From positions 32,001-96,000 of IMG/VR virus record IMGVR_UViG_3300043773_000401: a stretch of 64,000 nt of DNA; one strand, 5' to 3'. The stretch comes from a virus. The notes under the pieces are model-generated. The model had not been told where the DNA came from. It searched no databases and saw nothing but the letters and a program-made list of their open reading frames with translations. Positions within the stretch are counted from its first letter, which is position 1, and the number at the start of each line of letters is the position of its first letter. The translations under genes were made by a program, and so were the position numbers. Below, in pieces: positions 40,482-51,050 of the stretch.

Positions 40482-43400
40482 TTATCTAGCCAGCCTCTCT
40501 TTTGTCCTCCATATTTATTCATTTGACCAGTAGTAAATCCTAAAGGCACATTAATAGCTTTTCCTGTATTTTGAAATGGAAGAATTATTGCAGGACGTTC
40601 ATTTACCCATCTATCACTATAACTTGGATCTCTTCCTATACTTTGTAAAAAATTAAAAAGTTTTGCTGAATATCTTCTTTCATTTCCTGCAGCATAATCA
40701 CTTAATCTAGATCTTTTTGAAATATCTAATCCTGTATCTGCAGGTTTAAATAATTTATTAATTTTTCTTGCTTGTTCAGGAGTAAGTTCTTTATCTCTAA
40801 AACTATGATTTATTTTCATTATATCTTCCCATTCCTTTTTTAAATTTGGATATATTTCATTTATATCATTAGGAGTTTTATTAGGATCTATTTTACCATA
40901 TTTATCATAAATAGCATCTATTCTTTTTAAATATTCTTTATTATTTTTTATAAGTTGATTGATTTCAGCATTTGTATAAAAATCTTTTTCTGTTAAAAGA
41001 GGTTCTTTAGTAGCTAGACTTTTTGCCTCATTTACTAGATTTTTTTTATTAGTTAGTTGTTCTTTTTTCCATTTCCTAGCATAGTCTTTTACATCTTTAA
41101 TAGCCTCATCGTAATATTTTCTTTGAGTAAAATTTTGATAATCTTCAGGATCTGCTTTGTATACAAGTCTTCCAGAAGCATCTCTATATTCTAACTTCTT
41201 AGGATTTACATATGTAGGTTTACCTTTACCTCTAGTAAATTGTGGTTGACCAGCAAATGAAGAAAGTATACCTTCAGCACCAGTTAATGCCATTTTAGTA
41301 TAATCTACTTCTCCAGTATTAGGATCCACAAATGGAGCCGATATATCTGTAGAAGGTAGATTAATAGACCCTTGATTCATTGGTCCATATCCTGATGTTC
41401 CTTGCTCTGTATAAAATAATTGAGGTAGTCTATTTCTAAATTCTTTAATAAACTTATTAGGTTCTTTACCAAAGAATGCTCCTTGATTTATTAATGCTCT
41501 AGGATCTGCTTTATCAGATATTTCTATAGCTGGTAAATCTATAGGTCCTATAGTAGGAACTTCTTCACCTACTTGTGCTTTAGGTAGATTATCTAACCAT
41601 CCTCCTTTTTTATACATTGTATTATTATTTAATTGATTATATCCTGCAGCACCTAATCCAGTTAAACCTATTGCTGGTATTAAAGCTGGAGCATTATTTA
41701 ACTGTTCTGTTAAGAATCTAAGATTAATAGGACTCTTTTTTATAAAACTACCTATTCTGTCTCCTTTAGTACTATTAAAATAATCTATTACCATATCTTT
41801 AGTAATACGATCTTCTAAGTTTTTAATAATGCCTTTATTCATCATATTCTGTCTTAACTCTCTTAAATGAGGTAATCTTTCAACATCTCCTTTCTCAAGG
41901 TGGTGCCAATAATCTAAAGATTCTGCTGCTCTTGTAAGTTCAGGTGTATTTGTCATTGTTCTAGATGAGCCTTCAATATTAGCTAATTGTTGTATAGCTT
42001 CAGGTTTAGCTTCTAATGTTTTTAAAGCTTCATCTATTTTAGTAGGTTTACTTAATAATGTTGGTCCTGTTGGTTCAGGATCATATAACCAATTATATAT
42101 ATTACGTTTAAATGGATTGGTAGTTTTTTTAGCTTCAATTTGTCTTTGTTTCCATTCAGCTAATTCATCTTGAAATTTTTTAATATCTTTCAAGTATTCA
42201 TTCATTCTATAATATTCTCTTTGTAAATGGTGACCTGTTTCATGTTCTAATGCAGTTCTAGGAGTTAAATCTAAACCTCGTTGTTTTTTTAAGTTATTTA
42301 ATTCTCTAAAGTCTATATTAACTGTAGCTGTTGGAGAAAAATACTTGGTCTTTTCACCTGATCTAAATGTTAAATTATAAGGTATCATTTTGTCAGGTGT
42401 AATACCAATATCTTCTAATCTTCTTCTACCTTCTGGTGTTTTCCAAAACTCTGCTGATTTATTAGAATATTCTTTAAGATCTTTAATCTCTTTTCTAAAT
42501 TGTAAAGGGGTTATAAGCTTATTATCTAAGTTATTCTTAAGCTTAGTAGTAAGTTCTTTAAAAAAGTTTTTTAACTCTTCAGAACTAAGATCTCTATATC
42601 GTAATGCATTAACAGCATTTGATAATGGTTTTTTAGTTAATGATCCTATTCCTCCTAACATAGGAGTTACCTCAGCCATATTAAGTGATCTTTCTACATC
42701 AGCTTCATCTAAAATAGGAGTAGCACCATATGCCCCAGCAACTAGGTTAAGGAAAGTTTTACCATACTTAGTAGGATTATTATAGATATCTCTAGCAGCA
42801 TTAATAGGTGATGATAATATTTCTGCCATGTATTGTCCAGAAGGATCTAGTTTAGGTCCTAGATCTATATCTGGTAAGTTTTGTCTAAAACCAGCTACTC
42901 TAGTTGCATCTTGTGCTCTATTAGCTTCAAGAGCTTCTTGTTTAGATAAACCTTTATTATTAAACTCATACATACTAGGTTTAGGCTTAGTAGCTTCTTT
43001 AAGAAATGTACCTAAATCTTTATTTTTACTATATTGAAATTTAGGTTTAACTTCACCTCTATCCTGATAAGTATCTAACCACCCACCTTTACCAAATCTA
43101 TAACTTACTCCTGTAGTTATATTGGGTTGATTATAATATGATCCTGCAGAAAAGTTTACATTACCTCTACCTTTATTAAAGGGTATATTAGCACTTATAC
43201 TAGGACTAATATATTGACTTAATTCAGGGTCAGATTCTATATTAAATCTATTAGCTAAGTCAAAATTTATATTACCAAAATCTACATTAGCTCCAAAGTC
43301 TCCTTCTATACCTGTATCTCCAGACCATGTTGGATAACCACCAATGTAACCATATGGACTAACTTGAATTCTTCCTTTTTGTGCTCTATCTAACCATCCT

Positions 43401-44650
43401 CCTGTTTTCTTTTTATTTATAAATTGCTTATAAGATTCTGATTGTTTTAGTATATCATATTCTTTAGGTGATAATGTTTGTGTTTTAGTATTTTTATTTG
43501 TAGGATCACCATAATATATTGTGTATGTATCACCTATTCCTTGAGTCCAATCTTTTGATATGTGATTTATAGGTTTAGGTTTTTGGTTCTTTACAGTAAT
43601 TATTTCTTTTTTTGGTTCTTCTTTTTTTACAGAATTTTTATTTTTCTGATATTCTTCCCAAGCAGCTTGTGATTTTTTACCCCATATACCATCTACTTCA
43701 CCAATATTAAATCCAGCATTTACTAATTCTTCTTGTTTAGCTCTTATTTCTGGATTTCTATACACTACAGGTTGTACTGGTTTTTTATATACAGGAACAA
43801 ATGCTGTTCCTGCTCCATTATATCCAGAAGTATATTGATCTATTCTTGTAGGTTTAATTTTATTTTTATCAATACCATACAAAGGAAGTAAATCAGATAT
43901 TAATGGGTCATTTATATTAAATCTTCTTTCTACACTTTCACTTCCTCTAGTAGCTAAATCTTTTTTATATTTATTATATAAACTTAAACTATCATTATAA
44001 TCCTGTAGTCTAGGATCATTAGGGTTATCTACATAGATAGTTCCTCTTTGAGCTTTAGGTATATTATCTAGCCACCCTCCATTTTTCTTTATACCTAGTT
44101 CTTTTTTCCAAGATCCTTTATCTGCAAAATTTATAGCAGCTTCTTCATCTTCTCCAAAGTTATATACCTCACCTCTTTTTTGAGCTTCCTTATATATCTT
44201 CATCCAGTCTTTTTCATCAGACATATTAACCCATGAGTTATCTGGATTTTGAAATATACTAGGAAATGCTACCCATCCTGTAGGTCCGTATTCTCTCATC
44301 ATGTAATGAGTAGAAGGTTCAGTTTGTCCTTTTAATGTTATTGATCCAACTCTAGGTTTTACATTATATCCTTTCTGAGCCATAGGTATCTCATATACTT
44401 TGTTACCTGGATAGAGATAGTCTTGTTCTGGATACATCATCTGTGAGTTACCTAAATCATCCATTCCAAATACTGGATAAGGAACTCCTTTCATAGTTAT
44501 ACTATTACTATTAATTAGTGTAGGTTCTCCGGGGAATTCCCATTGACCATAATCAGATTCTATAAAACCTGATGTAGTTCTTTTAACATAATTAGGACCT
44601 CCTTTAAGACCTTCAGTAGCTTTCTTCTGATAGTATAACTTCTTCTTCAT
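40469..44650 (-). CDS. modular cargo polyprotein with GGWLD-delimited cassettes (peptidoglycan-binding, beta-strand-rich, zincin and unknown modules)
   Basis: Five GWLD linkers; QEELVNAGFNIGEVDGIWGKKSQAAW (PG_binding_1-like); HETGH at 42230-42244. Confidence 0.75.
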   Translation of the reverse strand: MKKKLYYQKKATEGLKGGPNYVKRTTSGFIESDYGQWEFPGEPTLINSNSITMKGVPYPVFGMDDLGNSQMMYPEQDYLYPGNKVYEIPMAQKGYNVKPRVGSITLKGQTEPSTHYMMREYGPTGWVAFPSIFQNPDNSWVNMSDEKDWMKIYKEAQKRGEVYNFGEDEEAAINFADKGSWKKELGIKKNGGWLDNIPKAQRGTIYVDNPNDPRLQDYNDSLSLYNKYKKDLATRGSESVERRFNINDPLISDLLPLYGIDKNKIKPTRIDQYTSGYNGAGTAFVPVYKKPVQPVVYRNPEIRAKQEELVNAGFNIGEVDGIWGKKSQAAWEEYQKNKNSVKKEEPKKEIITVKNQKPKPINHISKDWTQGIGDTYTIYYGDPTNKNTKTQTLSPKEYDILKQSESYKQFINKKKTGGWLDRAQKGRIQVSPYGYIGGYPTWSGDTGIEGDFGANVDFGNINFDLANRFNIESDPELSQYISPSISANIPFNKGRGNVNFSAGSYYNQPNITTGVSYRFGKGGWLDTYQDRGEVKPKFQYSKNKDLGTFLKEATKPKPSMYEFNNKGLSKQEALEANRAQDATRVAGFRQNLPDIDLGPKLDPSGQYMAEILSSPINAARDIYNNPTKYGKTFLNLVAGAYGATPILDEADVERSLNMAEVTPMLGGIGSLTKKPLSNAVNALRYRDLSSEELKNFFKELTTKLKNNLDNKLITPLQFRKEIKDLKEYSNKSAEFWKTPEGRRRLEDIGITPDKMIPYNLTFRSGEKTKYFSPTATVNIDFRELNNLKKQRGLDLTPRTALEHETGHHLQREYYRMNEYLKDIKKFQDELAEWKQRQIEAKKTTNPFKRNIYNWLYDPEPTGPTLLSKPTKIDEALKTLEAKPEAIQQLANIEGSSRTMTNTPELTRAAESLDYWHHLEKGDVERLPHLRELRQNMMNKGIIKNLEDRITKDMVIDYFNSTKGDRIGSFIKKSPINLRFLTEQLNNAPALIPAIGLTGLGAAGYNQLNNNTMYKKGGWLDNLPKAQVGEEVPTIGPIDLPAIEISDKADPRALINQGAFFGKEPNKFIKEFRNRLPQLFYTEQGTSGYGPMNQGSINLPSTDISAPFVDPNTGEVDYTKMALTGAEGILSSFAGQPQFTRGKGKPTYVNPKKLEYRDASGRLVYKADPEDYQNFTQRKYYDEAIKDVKDYARKWKKEQLTNKKNLVNEAKSLATKEPLLTEKDFYTNAEINQLIKNNKEYLKRIDAIYDKYGKIDPNKTPNDINEIYPNLKKEWEDIMKINHSFRDKELTPEQARKINKLFKPADTGLDISKRSRLSDYAAGNERRYSAKLFNFLQSIGRDPSYSDRWVNERPAIILPFQNTGKAINVPLGFTTGQMNKYGGQKRGWLDNLNN
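40484..44080 (-). repeat. dispersed in-frame (G)GWLD linker repeats, five copies
   Basis: + strand ATCTARCCAYCCWCC at 44066-44080, 43388-43402, 43073-43087 and 41591-41605, with a partial copy at 40484-40495. Confidence 0.85.
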
Positions 44651-47600
44651 CGTGGTGACAGTAAGTTTTTAGTATTAGATATCTTGAATATCATTTTAAC
44701 ATTTCCAGATTTTTCTCTATATAGATTTATAAAGTTAAGATAATGTCTAAACTTCTTTCTCTGTAATGGATCTTTGCTATAGTTTAAGTTGTTCTGGTTA
44801 AGAACTCTATCATAACCATTTTCTGATGTATCCCATATAGCTCTTTGAGCATAACCAGGAATAGTAGGATTTAAGAACTCTCCTCTATCTGCAGTAATAT
44901 CCCAGAACTGATTGAATCTATATTTGTTTTCTTCTTTAGAAAATAGTACTTCTATATTGTTAAGATTGATAATAGGATATTGTAGTCTTCCTATGATATC
45001 ATTCTTAGGTGTACCTCTAAGTATTAACTGTCCTGATACTTGTTCAGGATTGTAAATAACGGCATGATCAAAGTTAAAGTCTAGTCCTGTGTTAGGATCT
45101 GTAAGAACATTAAACTGATCTATACCATTAGTAGAGTAAATATAGTTTTCTAGAATATACTCTACACTTCTTATAGTATTTACTGTTTGACCGGTAGGTA
45201 TTGCATACTCTACTTCAAATCTGTAATCTTGATTATAGAAGTTACAGAAGCTATCTGTTCTAAAGTTATGTCTCCAAATACCAGTATCTTTTGTAGTATA
45301 GAAGTTTCTTCTACTAGGTATAACCATATCAGGGTGCCAGTCATGGTAAGATATCCAAGCTTCTGATTTAGCATCATAACTTACTGTCCAAGATGCATCT
45401 TCAAAGATTTCATTTTCTTCTAGTTTATACTCACCACCTCTGTAAATAAATAGGTTTACTTCAGTTTCTTTACCAGTTACTGGATCTGTTTGGTATCTTA
45501 CAAATCTAACTTCTTCCTTAGGAACCTTAAGTTTAAAGTCTTTCTTACAGAAGTATACTAACTGATCAGAGTTATCATATATAGTTTGACATCCTACACC
45601 AGATATTGGATTATCAGTAAATGGATATTCTGGAAAATCTTGTGTTAGTCTATAAGGTAAATACCAATCAAACCACCATCTTAATCCTGAAGCAGATATT
45701 TCTTTTAATCCACCAAAGTATCTAAAGATTTTACCTTGACTTTGACTTATCCAATATACTCCAGTAGGTGTGCTTATTATTGAGTATCTGTCTTGGCATG
45801 ATCCATATTCAAATGCTATATCTGCATTTACAATTGACTGTTGTGGTTGTGAGAATAGACCTCCATCACCAATAGTTACCTTAGTACCAAGTTCTGTTTC
45901 TAGAACATCTACTCCTTGGAACATTAATGGACTATCAGTTTCAAATGTTATAATAGCACCATTCTTAGCAATACCATTAATAGAGTTAGGTTTGTTTAAG
46001 AACTCTTTATAGTTATTAGCTAGGAATGCATACCAGAAATCTTTCTTAGCTTCCAAGTTTTGAGGAAGAGAATAAAGAACTCTGTTTGGATAATAAGTAT
46101 AACAAAACTCAGATACATTAGGGTCATAACCTCTATCTTGCATATTACCCCATGAGATATAGTTATTAAATAACTTAGTTATACTTAGTGAGTAATCATA
46201 CTTATAGTAGTTATCAGCTTTTATAATCTCAGTATCAAACAATGCTTGTAGATCTGTATATCTAAATGGATCATAGAATCTTTCTTGTGGTTCTTCATCC
46301 CAGTCTCTTTGATCTACATTAATCTCTGACTCTACAATGAAGTCTCTTACTCCTGTATTAAATAAATAGAAGAATCCATTAAGTACATTAAATAGTCCAC
46401 TGCTACCTGCAAATGGTACAGCTGTACAATGTCCTCTATCTAGATGATGAAAATTACTTGGGAATAAAGGATTAGATACTGGATCAGGTTCAGTAAATGT
46501 TGATCCATTAAATAGTGTATTTAAGAAACTACCTAAATCAAAGCCTGTAAAATTTGCCCAGAATCTAGGATACTGAATCATATACTTAAGTGTATAGTCT
46601 AGTTCAGTACCATCTGGTAAATTATATAACCAGTCATAGAAATAGAAGAACTTATTTTTTTCTGTATATCTACCAACATATGTATCTCCACCAAACATTA
46701 ATCCTGTAGAATATTTTTTATCAAACTCACAAGGATTAGCTAGTTGTTCATTAGTAATTCTACCAATCTTAAACATACATGGAGAAGCTACTACTTGTTT
46801 AACTTGATCTAGTTGACCATACAAGTTTCTTATCCTATACTTAAGAGCTCCATAATAAACTGCTGTTTTAGTTCTAAACTGAGCAGTGTAATTATCAAAC
46901 CATACTTTATCTTGTGAATTAGCAGATAGGTTATTACCTAAGTTATCAGCACCTGTTGGAAATAAAGCAGGGAAACTCGTAGCAGCTTGAACAGATCCTA
47001 AAGTTTGTATAGTATTATCTGTAAATAAATATTGTGAATTAGGATTAGTAATACAAGTACCTATAGCATTAAGTATTTTATCTTGTAGAGTTATAGGTTT
47101 ATCTAGATCTAGTACTACACATTTATTTCTAAATAAGTTATTTATAGTATACTCTTTAGGATTTAATGGGAAGTTTTCTACCTGTATAGTTTGTAGATTA
47201 GTATCTAAGTATAATGATTGATTTATAAGTTTTCTTTGATTACCTATAGCACAAGCTCTTCCTGGATCAAATACTGTATAAGCTCCATGAGATCTATACA
47301 TAAGAGCATACTGTTCATATGATAAGAAAGCTTCTATAAGTTTAAGTACAGAGTCTGCTGCTTGTGTCCAATAATATATAAGTGTAGTAATAGCACCAAC
47401 CGGCATAATAGAATTACTATTTTGAAAAGCAGTCTCTTCAAATTCATATTCTGTTTCTGGTCCTAATGATGCAGGCTGACCTGTAGCTGTTGTAAAACTT
47501 ATTGTAGCACCAACATCAGCTGAACCAATTAATGGTACAAGAGAATTTAATAATTCTGCTATTGGAGTTTGAGCTGCTAAAGCACCATTTACAGATCCTG

Positions 47601-50010
47601 TAATTATTCCTGCTGATGTAGCAGCTGCTGCAGTTATTGGTTGATCTACTATACCTGTTATAACTCCACCATTAGGTCCTCCTAATACTAAATTGTATTG
47701 AGCTCCTCCTATGTTTAATGTTCTTGCAGATGTTACTCTTTTCTTTTTACCACCGGATATAGCTAAAGCAGCAATACCAATACCTGCTATAGCTGATACA
47801 GTAAATGCAAAATCAGAAACTAGTTTATGTTTAGGATGTCCTGGTACATCATCAAAATTACCATATACATCACCAAATAATTCACCATATAACTTAAGTT
47901 CTGTCTCAGCTAAGAATGGTTCTCTAAATGTAGTATCAGGAGAATGAAAAGTAAACTGTTGAGTTTTAACATTTGAGGATGTTACTTGAGCATCATTATA
48001 ATTTGAACATCCTAAAGGAGGATAACTTAATTCATCAGTAGCAAGAGAAAAATCAGTACCTAGTGGATTATATGGATAGTTCTGATATAATGCAGATCTT
48101 ACTCCATTACCATCATCATCTATAGTATACTCTCTCATGTTATTAAGAATACCTTTAGCAACAATAGTTTTGTTACCTTCACGAGTACCTCTTAATATTT
48201 CATAACCAACAATACCAGGTATACCTATACCATCATTATCAACCGGGTATCTTATATTGTCAAACTCAACACCTAGTAATACATAACCATCAGCAATACC
48301 ATACTGATGACCAATCTGGTTACTACTGTTATTGTTTACACCACCTGTTGTTGTAAAGTGAGGTATACATTTATTATCTGGCATCTTATGATGTCTAATA
48401 AACTCACTACATAGATTAACTTCAGGTTCTTCAGTACATGCTTCATTAGACCAAGGATGAGCACAAGTATTCCATACATTAGGTTTATTAGGATATACTT
48501 CAGTTGACTGCCAGTATCCCATATCTCCTCTTGCTAATACTTCTCCACCATCATCTGAAAACTCTGTACCTGGAAGAACTAATTGTGTTACTGATGCTGT
48601 GTTATATACTTCAAAGAAATATTTATCAAAATAGATGTTATCTTCTACAGGGAAAGACTGACTAAGATCTCCATAACCTTGAGGTACACAATTACCTAAA
48701 TCTAATTGTTCTTTAGGTGGTCTACCAGGAATATGATAGCTAGCTGATTTTTCTCCTGTTTCATATACCCATCTAATCCAGAATGAATATATCTCATCTC
48801 TTAAGTATCCAGTTTTGTTACCACCTTTACGGTAATAGTCTGCCGGATATTTAACTGCTACCCATTTAGCTTTAATTCTATTTGCTAAAGGTTGATAGTT
48901 AAAGTCTAATCTTGTGGTAGGACTAAGTCTTAATAAGTAGTCATTAACACTAGAGATAATCTCAGACTTCTCATATATAGGAGTTCTGATAGGAATAAAC
49001 TCTAGTGGTACAGTAGGAAGCTCAAGATTAAATATATCTAGAGTAATAGATCCTACACGTGTATTATAATAACCTACTCTTTTAGCTATAGTATTCTGAG
49101 CAATGTTAGATACAAGTACTAATTCAAATTCATCAAAGAAGTCTTGATCTATATCTTCTATAGTAATATCTAATGATCCCGCAAGATTATTATGAGCAAA
49201 TAGAGATTGAGTATTAGAAGGACTAAAATAGTCTGTTACTTTTTGTCCATTAATAGAATAAGCTAGTACTACATAATAACTACCATTAGGTAAAGTACCA
49301 CCGGCAATTCCTTTGCTTACTTTAACACATGGTGTCTTAACTAATCTAGCTAATCTTATTTTATCACAATCTAAAGCAAGAGGAAGTTTATTTACACATA
49401 CTTCACAACCAATACCAGAATCAGAAGGAATAGGATTAGTTTTACAGTCAGGATCTATAAAAGAACAATCTTGTTCATAAGGAAGACCAGGCCATTCTCC
49501 AGTATATTCACATCCTTGATTTGCAGCAGGCCATAATTGGGGATCTCCTATATTCATAGATCTATCTGGATTCTTACCATCAGCCCAATATATTTGCCAA
49601 GAACAATCAAAGTTCTTTTTAGCTTTACCTGTAATAGGATATAGTGTACTAAAGTTTAAGCAAGTATCTCTAGTAATAGGTATATAAGTACAATTCTTTT
49701 CATTGAACAAACCTATCTCAGAAGATTGTGTAAAGTCATTAGCTGCAAAGATTACCCAGTTGCTATCAAACAAATGTATTCTACCATGAATTCTACCACC
49801 AGGTGTACATATAGAAGCACAAAGTAAGTTAGACTGTTCATTACTTAATGTACCTAAGTCTCCTTCACTAGTTGCATTAACTGTATTTACTGCATGTGAC
49901 CAAGCATTATCTGGAAAGTATGAATCATTATAATCTTTTATAAGACCTTTGACAAAACTCTGTGTTTTAACAGAGCTGCTTCCTGATGAAGGTGTTTGCT
50001 TCTTACCCAT
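44647..50010 (-). CDS. tail stabilisation/muzzle-like protein (crAss-like)
   Basis: 1787 aa, beta-rich; FVKGLIKD N-terminus, YWADGKNPDR, GYLRDEIYSF, FGGDTYVGR, WTVSYD...WISYHDW; located after two ring genes. Confidence 0.7.
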   Translation of the reverse strand: MGKKQTPSSGSSSVKTQSFVKGLIKDYNDSYFPDNAWSHAVNTVNATSEGDLGTLSNEQSNLLCASICTPGGRIHGRIHLFDSNWVIFAANDFTQSSEIGLFNEKNCTYIPITRDTCLNFSTLYPITGKAKKNFDCSWQIYWADGKNPDRSMNIGDPQLWPAANQGCEYTGEWPGLPYEQDCSFIDPDCKTNPIPSDSGIGCEVCVNKLPLALDCDKIRLARLVKTPCVKVSKGIAGGTLPNGSYYVVLAYSINGQKVTDYFSPSNTQSLFAHNNLAGSLDITIEDIDQDFFDEFELVLVSNIAQNTIAKRVGYYNTRVGSITLDIFNLELPTVPLEFIPIRTPIYEKSEIISSVNDYLLRLSPTTRLDFNYQPLANRIKAKWVAVKYPADYYRKGGNKTGYLRDEIYSFWIRWVYETGEKSASYHIPGRPPKEQLDLGNCVPQGYGDLSQSFPVEDNIYFDKYFFEVYNTASVTQLVLPGTEFSDDGGEVLARGDMGYWQSTEVYPNKPNVWNTCAHPWSNEACTEEPEVNLCSEFIRHHKMPDNKCIPHFTTTGGVNNNSSNQIGHQYGIADGYVLLGVEFDNIRYPVDNDGIGIPGIVGYEILRGTREGNKTIVAKGILNNMREYTIDDDGNGVRSALYQNYPYNPLGTDFSLATDELSYPPLGCSNYNDAQVTSSNVKTQQFTFHSPDTTFREPFLAETELKLYGELFGDVYGNFDDVPGHPKHKLVSDFAFTVSAIAGIGIAALAISGGKKKRVTSARTLNIGGAQYNLVLGGPNGGVITGIVDQPITAAAATSAGIITGSVNGALAAQTPIAELLNSLVPLIGSADVGATISFTTATGQPASLGPETEYEFEETAFQNSNSIMPVGAITTLIYYWTQAADSVLKLIEAFLSYEQYALMYRSHGAYTVFDPGRACAIGNQRKLINQSLYLDTNLQTIQVENFPLNPKEYTINNLFRNKCVVLDLDKPITLQDKILNAIGTCITNPNSQYLFTDNTIQTLGSVQAATSFPALFPTGADNLGNNLSANSQDKVWFDNYTAQFRTKTAVYYGALKYRIRNLYGQLDQVKQVVASPCMFKIGRITNEQLANPCEFDKKYSTGLMFGGDTYVGRYTEKNKFFYFYDWLYNLPDGTELDYTLKYMIQYPRFWANFTGFDLGSFLNTLFNGSTFTEPDPVSNPLFPSNFHHLDRGHCTAVPFAGSSGLFNVLNGFFYLFNTGVRDFIVESEINVDQRDWDEEPQERFYDPFRYTDLQALFDTEIIKADNYYKYDYSLSITKLFNNYISWGNMQDRGYDPNVSEFCYTYYPNRVLYSLPQNLEAKKDFWYAFLANNYKEFLNKPNSINGIAKNGAIITFETDSPLMFQGVDVLETELGTKVTIGDGGLFSQPQQSIVNADIAFEYGSCQDRYSIISTPTGVYWISQSQGKIFRYFGGLKEISASGLRWWFDWYLPYRLTQDFPEYPFTDNPISGVGCQTIYDNSDQLVYFCKKDFKLKVPKEEVRFVRYQTDPVTGKETEVNLFIYRGGEYKLEENEIFEDASWTVSYDAKSEAWISYHDWHPDMVIPSRRNFYTTKDTGIWRHNFRTDSFCNFYNQDYRFEVEYAIPTGQTVNTIRSVEYILENYIYSTNGIDQFNVLTDPNTGLDFNFDHAVIYNPEQVSGQLILRGTPKNDIIGRLQYPIINLNNIEVLFSKEENKYRFNQFWDITADRGEFLNPTIPGYAQRAIWDTSENGYDRVLNQNNLNYSKDPLQRKKFRHYLNFINLYREKSGNVKMIFKISNTKNLLSPR

Positions 50011-51050
50011 TACACAACATTATTTACTCTCAAAGTAGGATTATAAAAGTAGCTCTTAAACATATCATAGTATCTAGAATACTGTGCTTTTCTATTCATT
50101 AACCATACCTTCTGCATTTCAGAGAAGTTAGGAGTATTAACTATAGATAAAGCATTATTTCTAGCTGCCCTTAATTCTTGTTGTATATATTGAAGTTGGC
50201 CTACAACATTGTCTCCAGACATTAATAAATTCTCAAGTACTCTTTTCTTCATAGCATACTCATAATATTCATTAATCATTGGATGATCTACTACCATTAA
50301 GTTACCATCATCATCTTCCATCATTCCTTGGTAGTTAATATATAGATGACCACATTCCATTGTAGTATGTACAAAACCATCTTTTATCCAAGCTTCATCT
50401 GCAGCAGCCATATTTACGTTAGGACAGTCACAGTCTGTAAACATGGAGTTTCTAAACTTAATAGGAAAGAAATGTCTCCATACTCTAGTTTCTGTATTGA
50501 TAACTTGTACCATCTCATATGCTTCTCCTTGTTTACAGTTAACCACTAGTCTAGGTTTGATACAAGTATCACCTTGTGGTTCTGCTGGGTTATATACTGG
50601 AGCAGGCATTGTACAAGAACAAACTCTAGGAGCTAAGCAAGATGCATTAGCACAACCACATACTGTTGTATTACATTTACTACAGTTGACAGTAGGACTA
50701 GAACATATATTTATAGTTGCTGGATACTCTTTATATTGAGGTACATAATCAATCTGCTGTATATTAGTTCCCTGTGGTGTAGCATAAGTAGTAGTCATCT
50801 CTCCACATAGAGTAGCAAAGTTCATTACAAAGAAGTCATCTGGTAACTTAGCTTTATTCTTTTCTATTTCAAGAACTACTTCTTTAGTTACATATATCCT
50901 TAGACCAAGGTCATAATTAACCTTCATTGCTATCTTAACAAGTTGAGCAGGATCTACTTTACCTTCTAAAGATTGGGTATATAGATCTAACCTGACATCA
51001 TCTAATAGACTGTCAAAGGTTCTGTATTTGAGGGTATAGTTATAATTCAT
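50010..51050 (-). CDS. tail ring/adaptor protein with Cys-rich insertion
   Basis: KAKLPDDF and YINYQG...DDDG...DHP pattern; position between ring and muzzle genes; central CSKC...CGC...C...CSC stretch. Confidence 0.6.
   Translation of the reverse strand: MNYNYTLKYRTFDSLLDDVRLDLYTQSLEGKVDPAQLVKIAMKVNYDLGLRIYVTKEVVLEIEKNKAKLPDDFFVMNFATLCGEMTTTYATPQGTNIQQIDYVPQYKEYPATINICSSPTVNCSKCNTTVCGCANASCLAPRVCSCTMPAPVYNPAEPQGDTCIKPRLVVNCKQGEAYEMVQVINTETRVWRHFFPIKFRNSMFTDCDCPNVNMAAADEAWIKDGFVHTTMECGHLYINYQGMMEDDDGNLMVVDHPMINEYYEYAMKKRVLENLLMSGDNVVGQLQYIQQELRAARNNALSIVNTPNFSEMQKVWLMNRKAQYSRYYDMFKSYFYNPTLRVNNVV

Noticed and set aside
40484-44080. GGWLD DNA repeats as CRISPR, DGR or integron att sites
   Set aside because: They are in frame, vary at synonymous positions and are irregularly spaced; no reverse transcriptase or integrase lies in the window.
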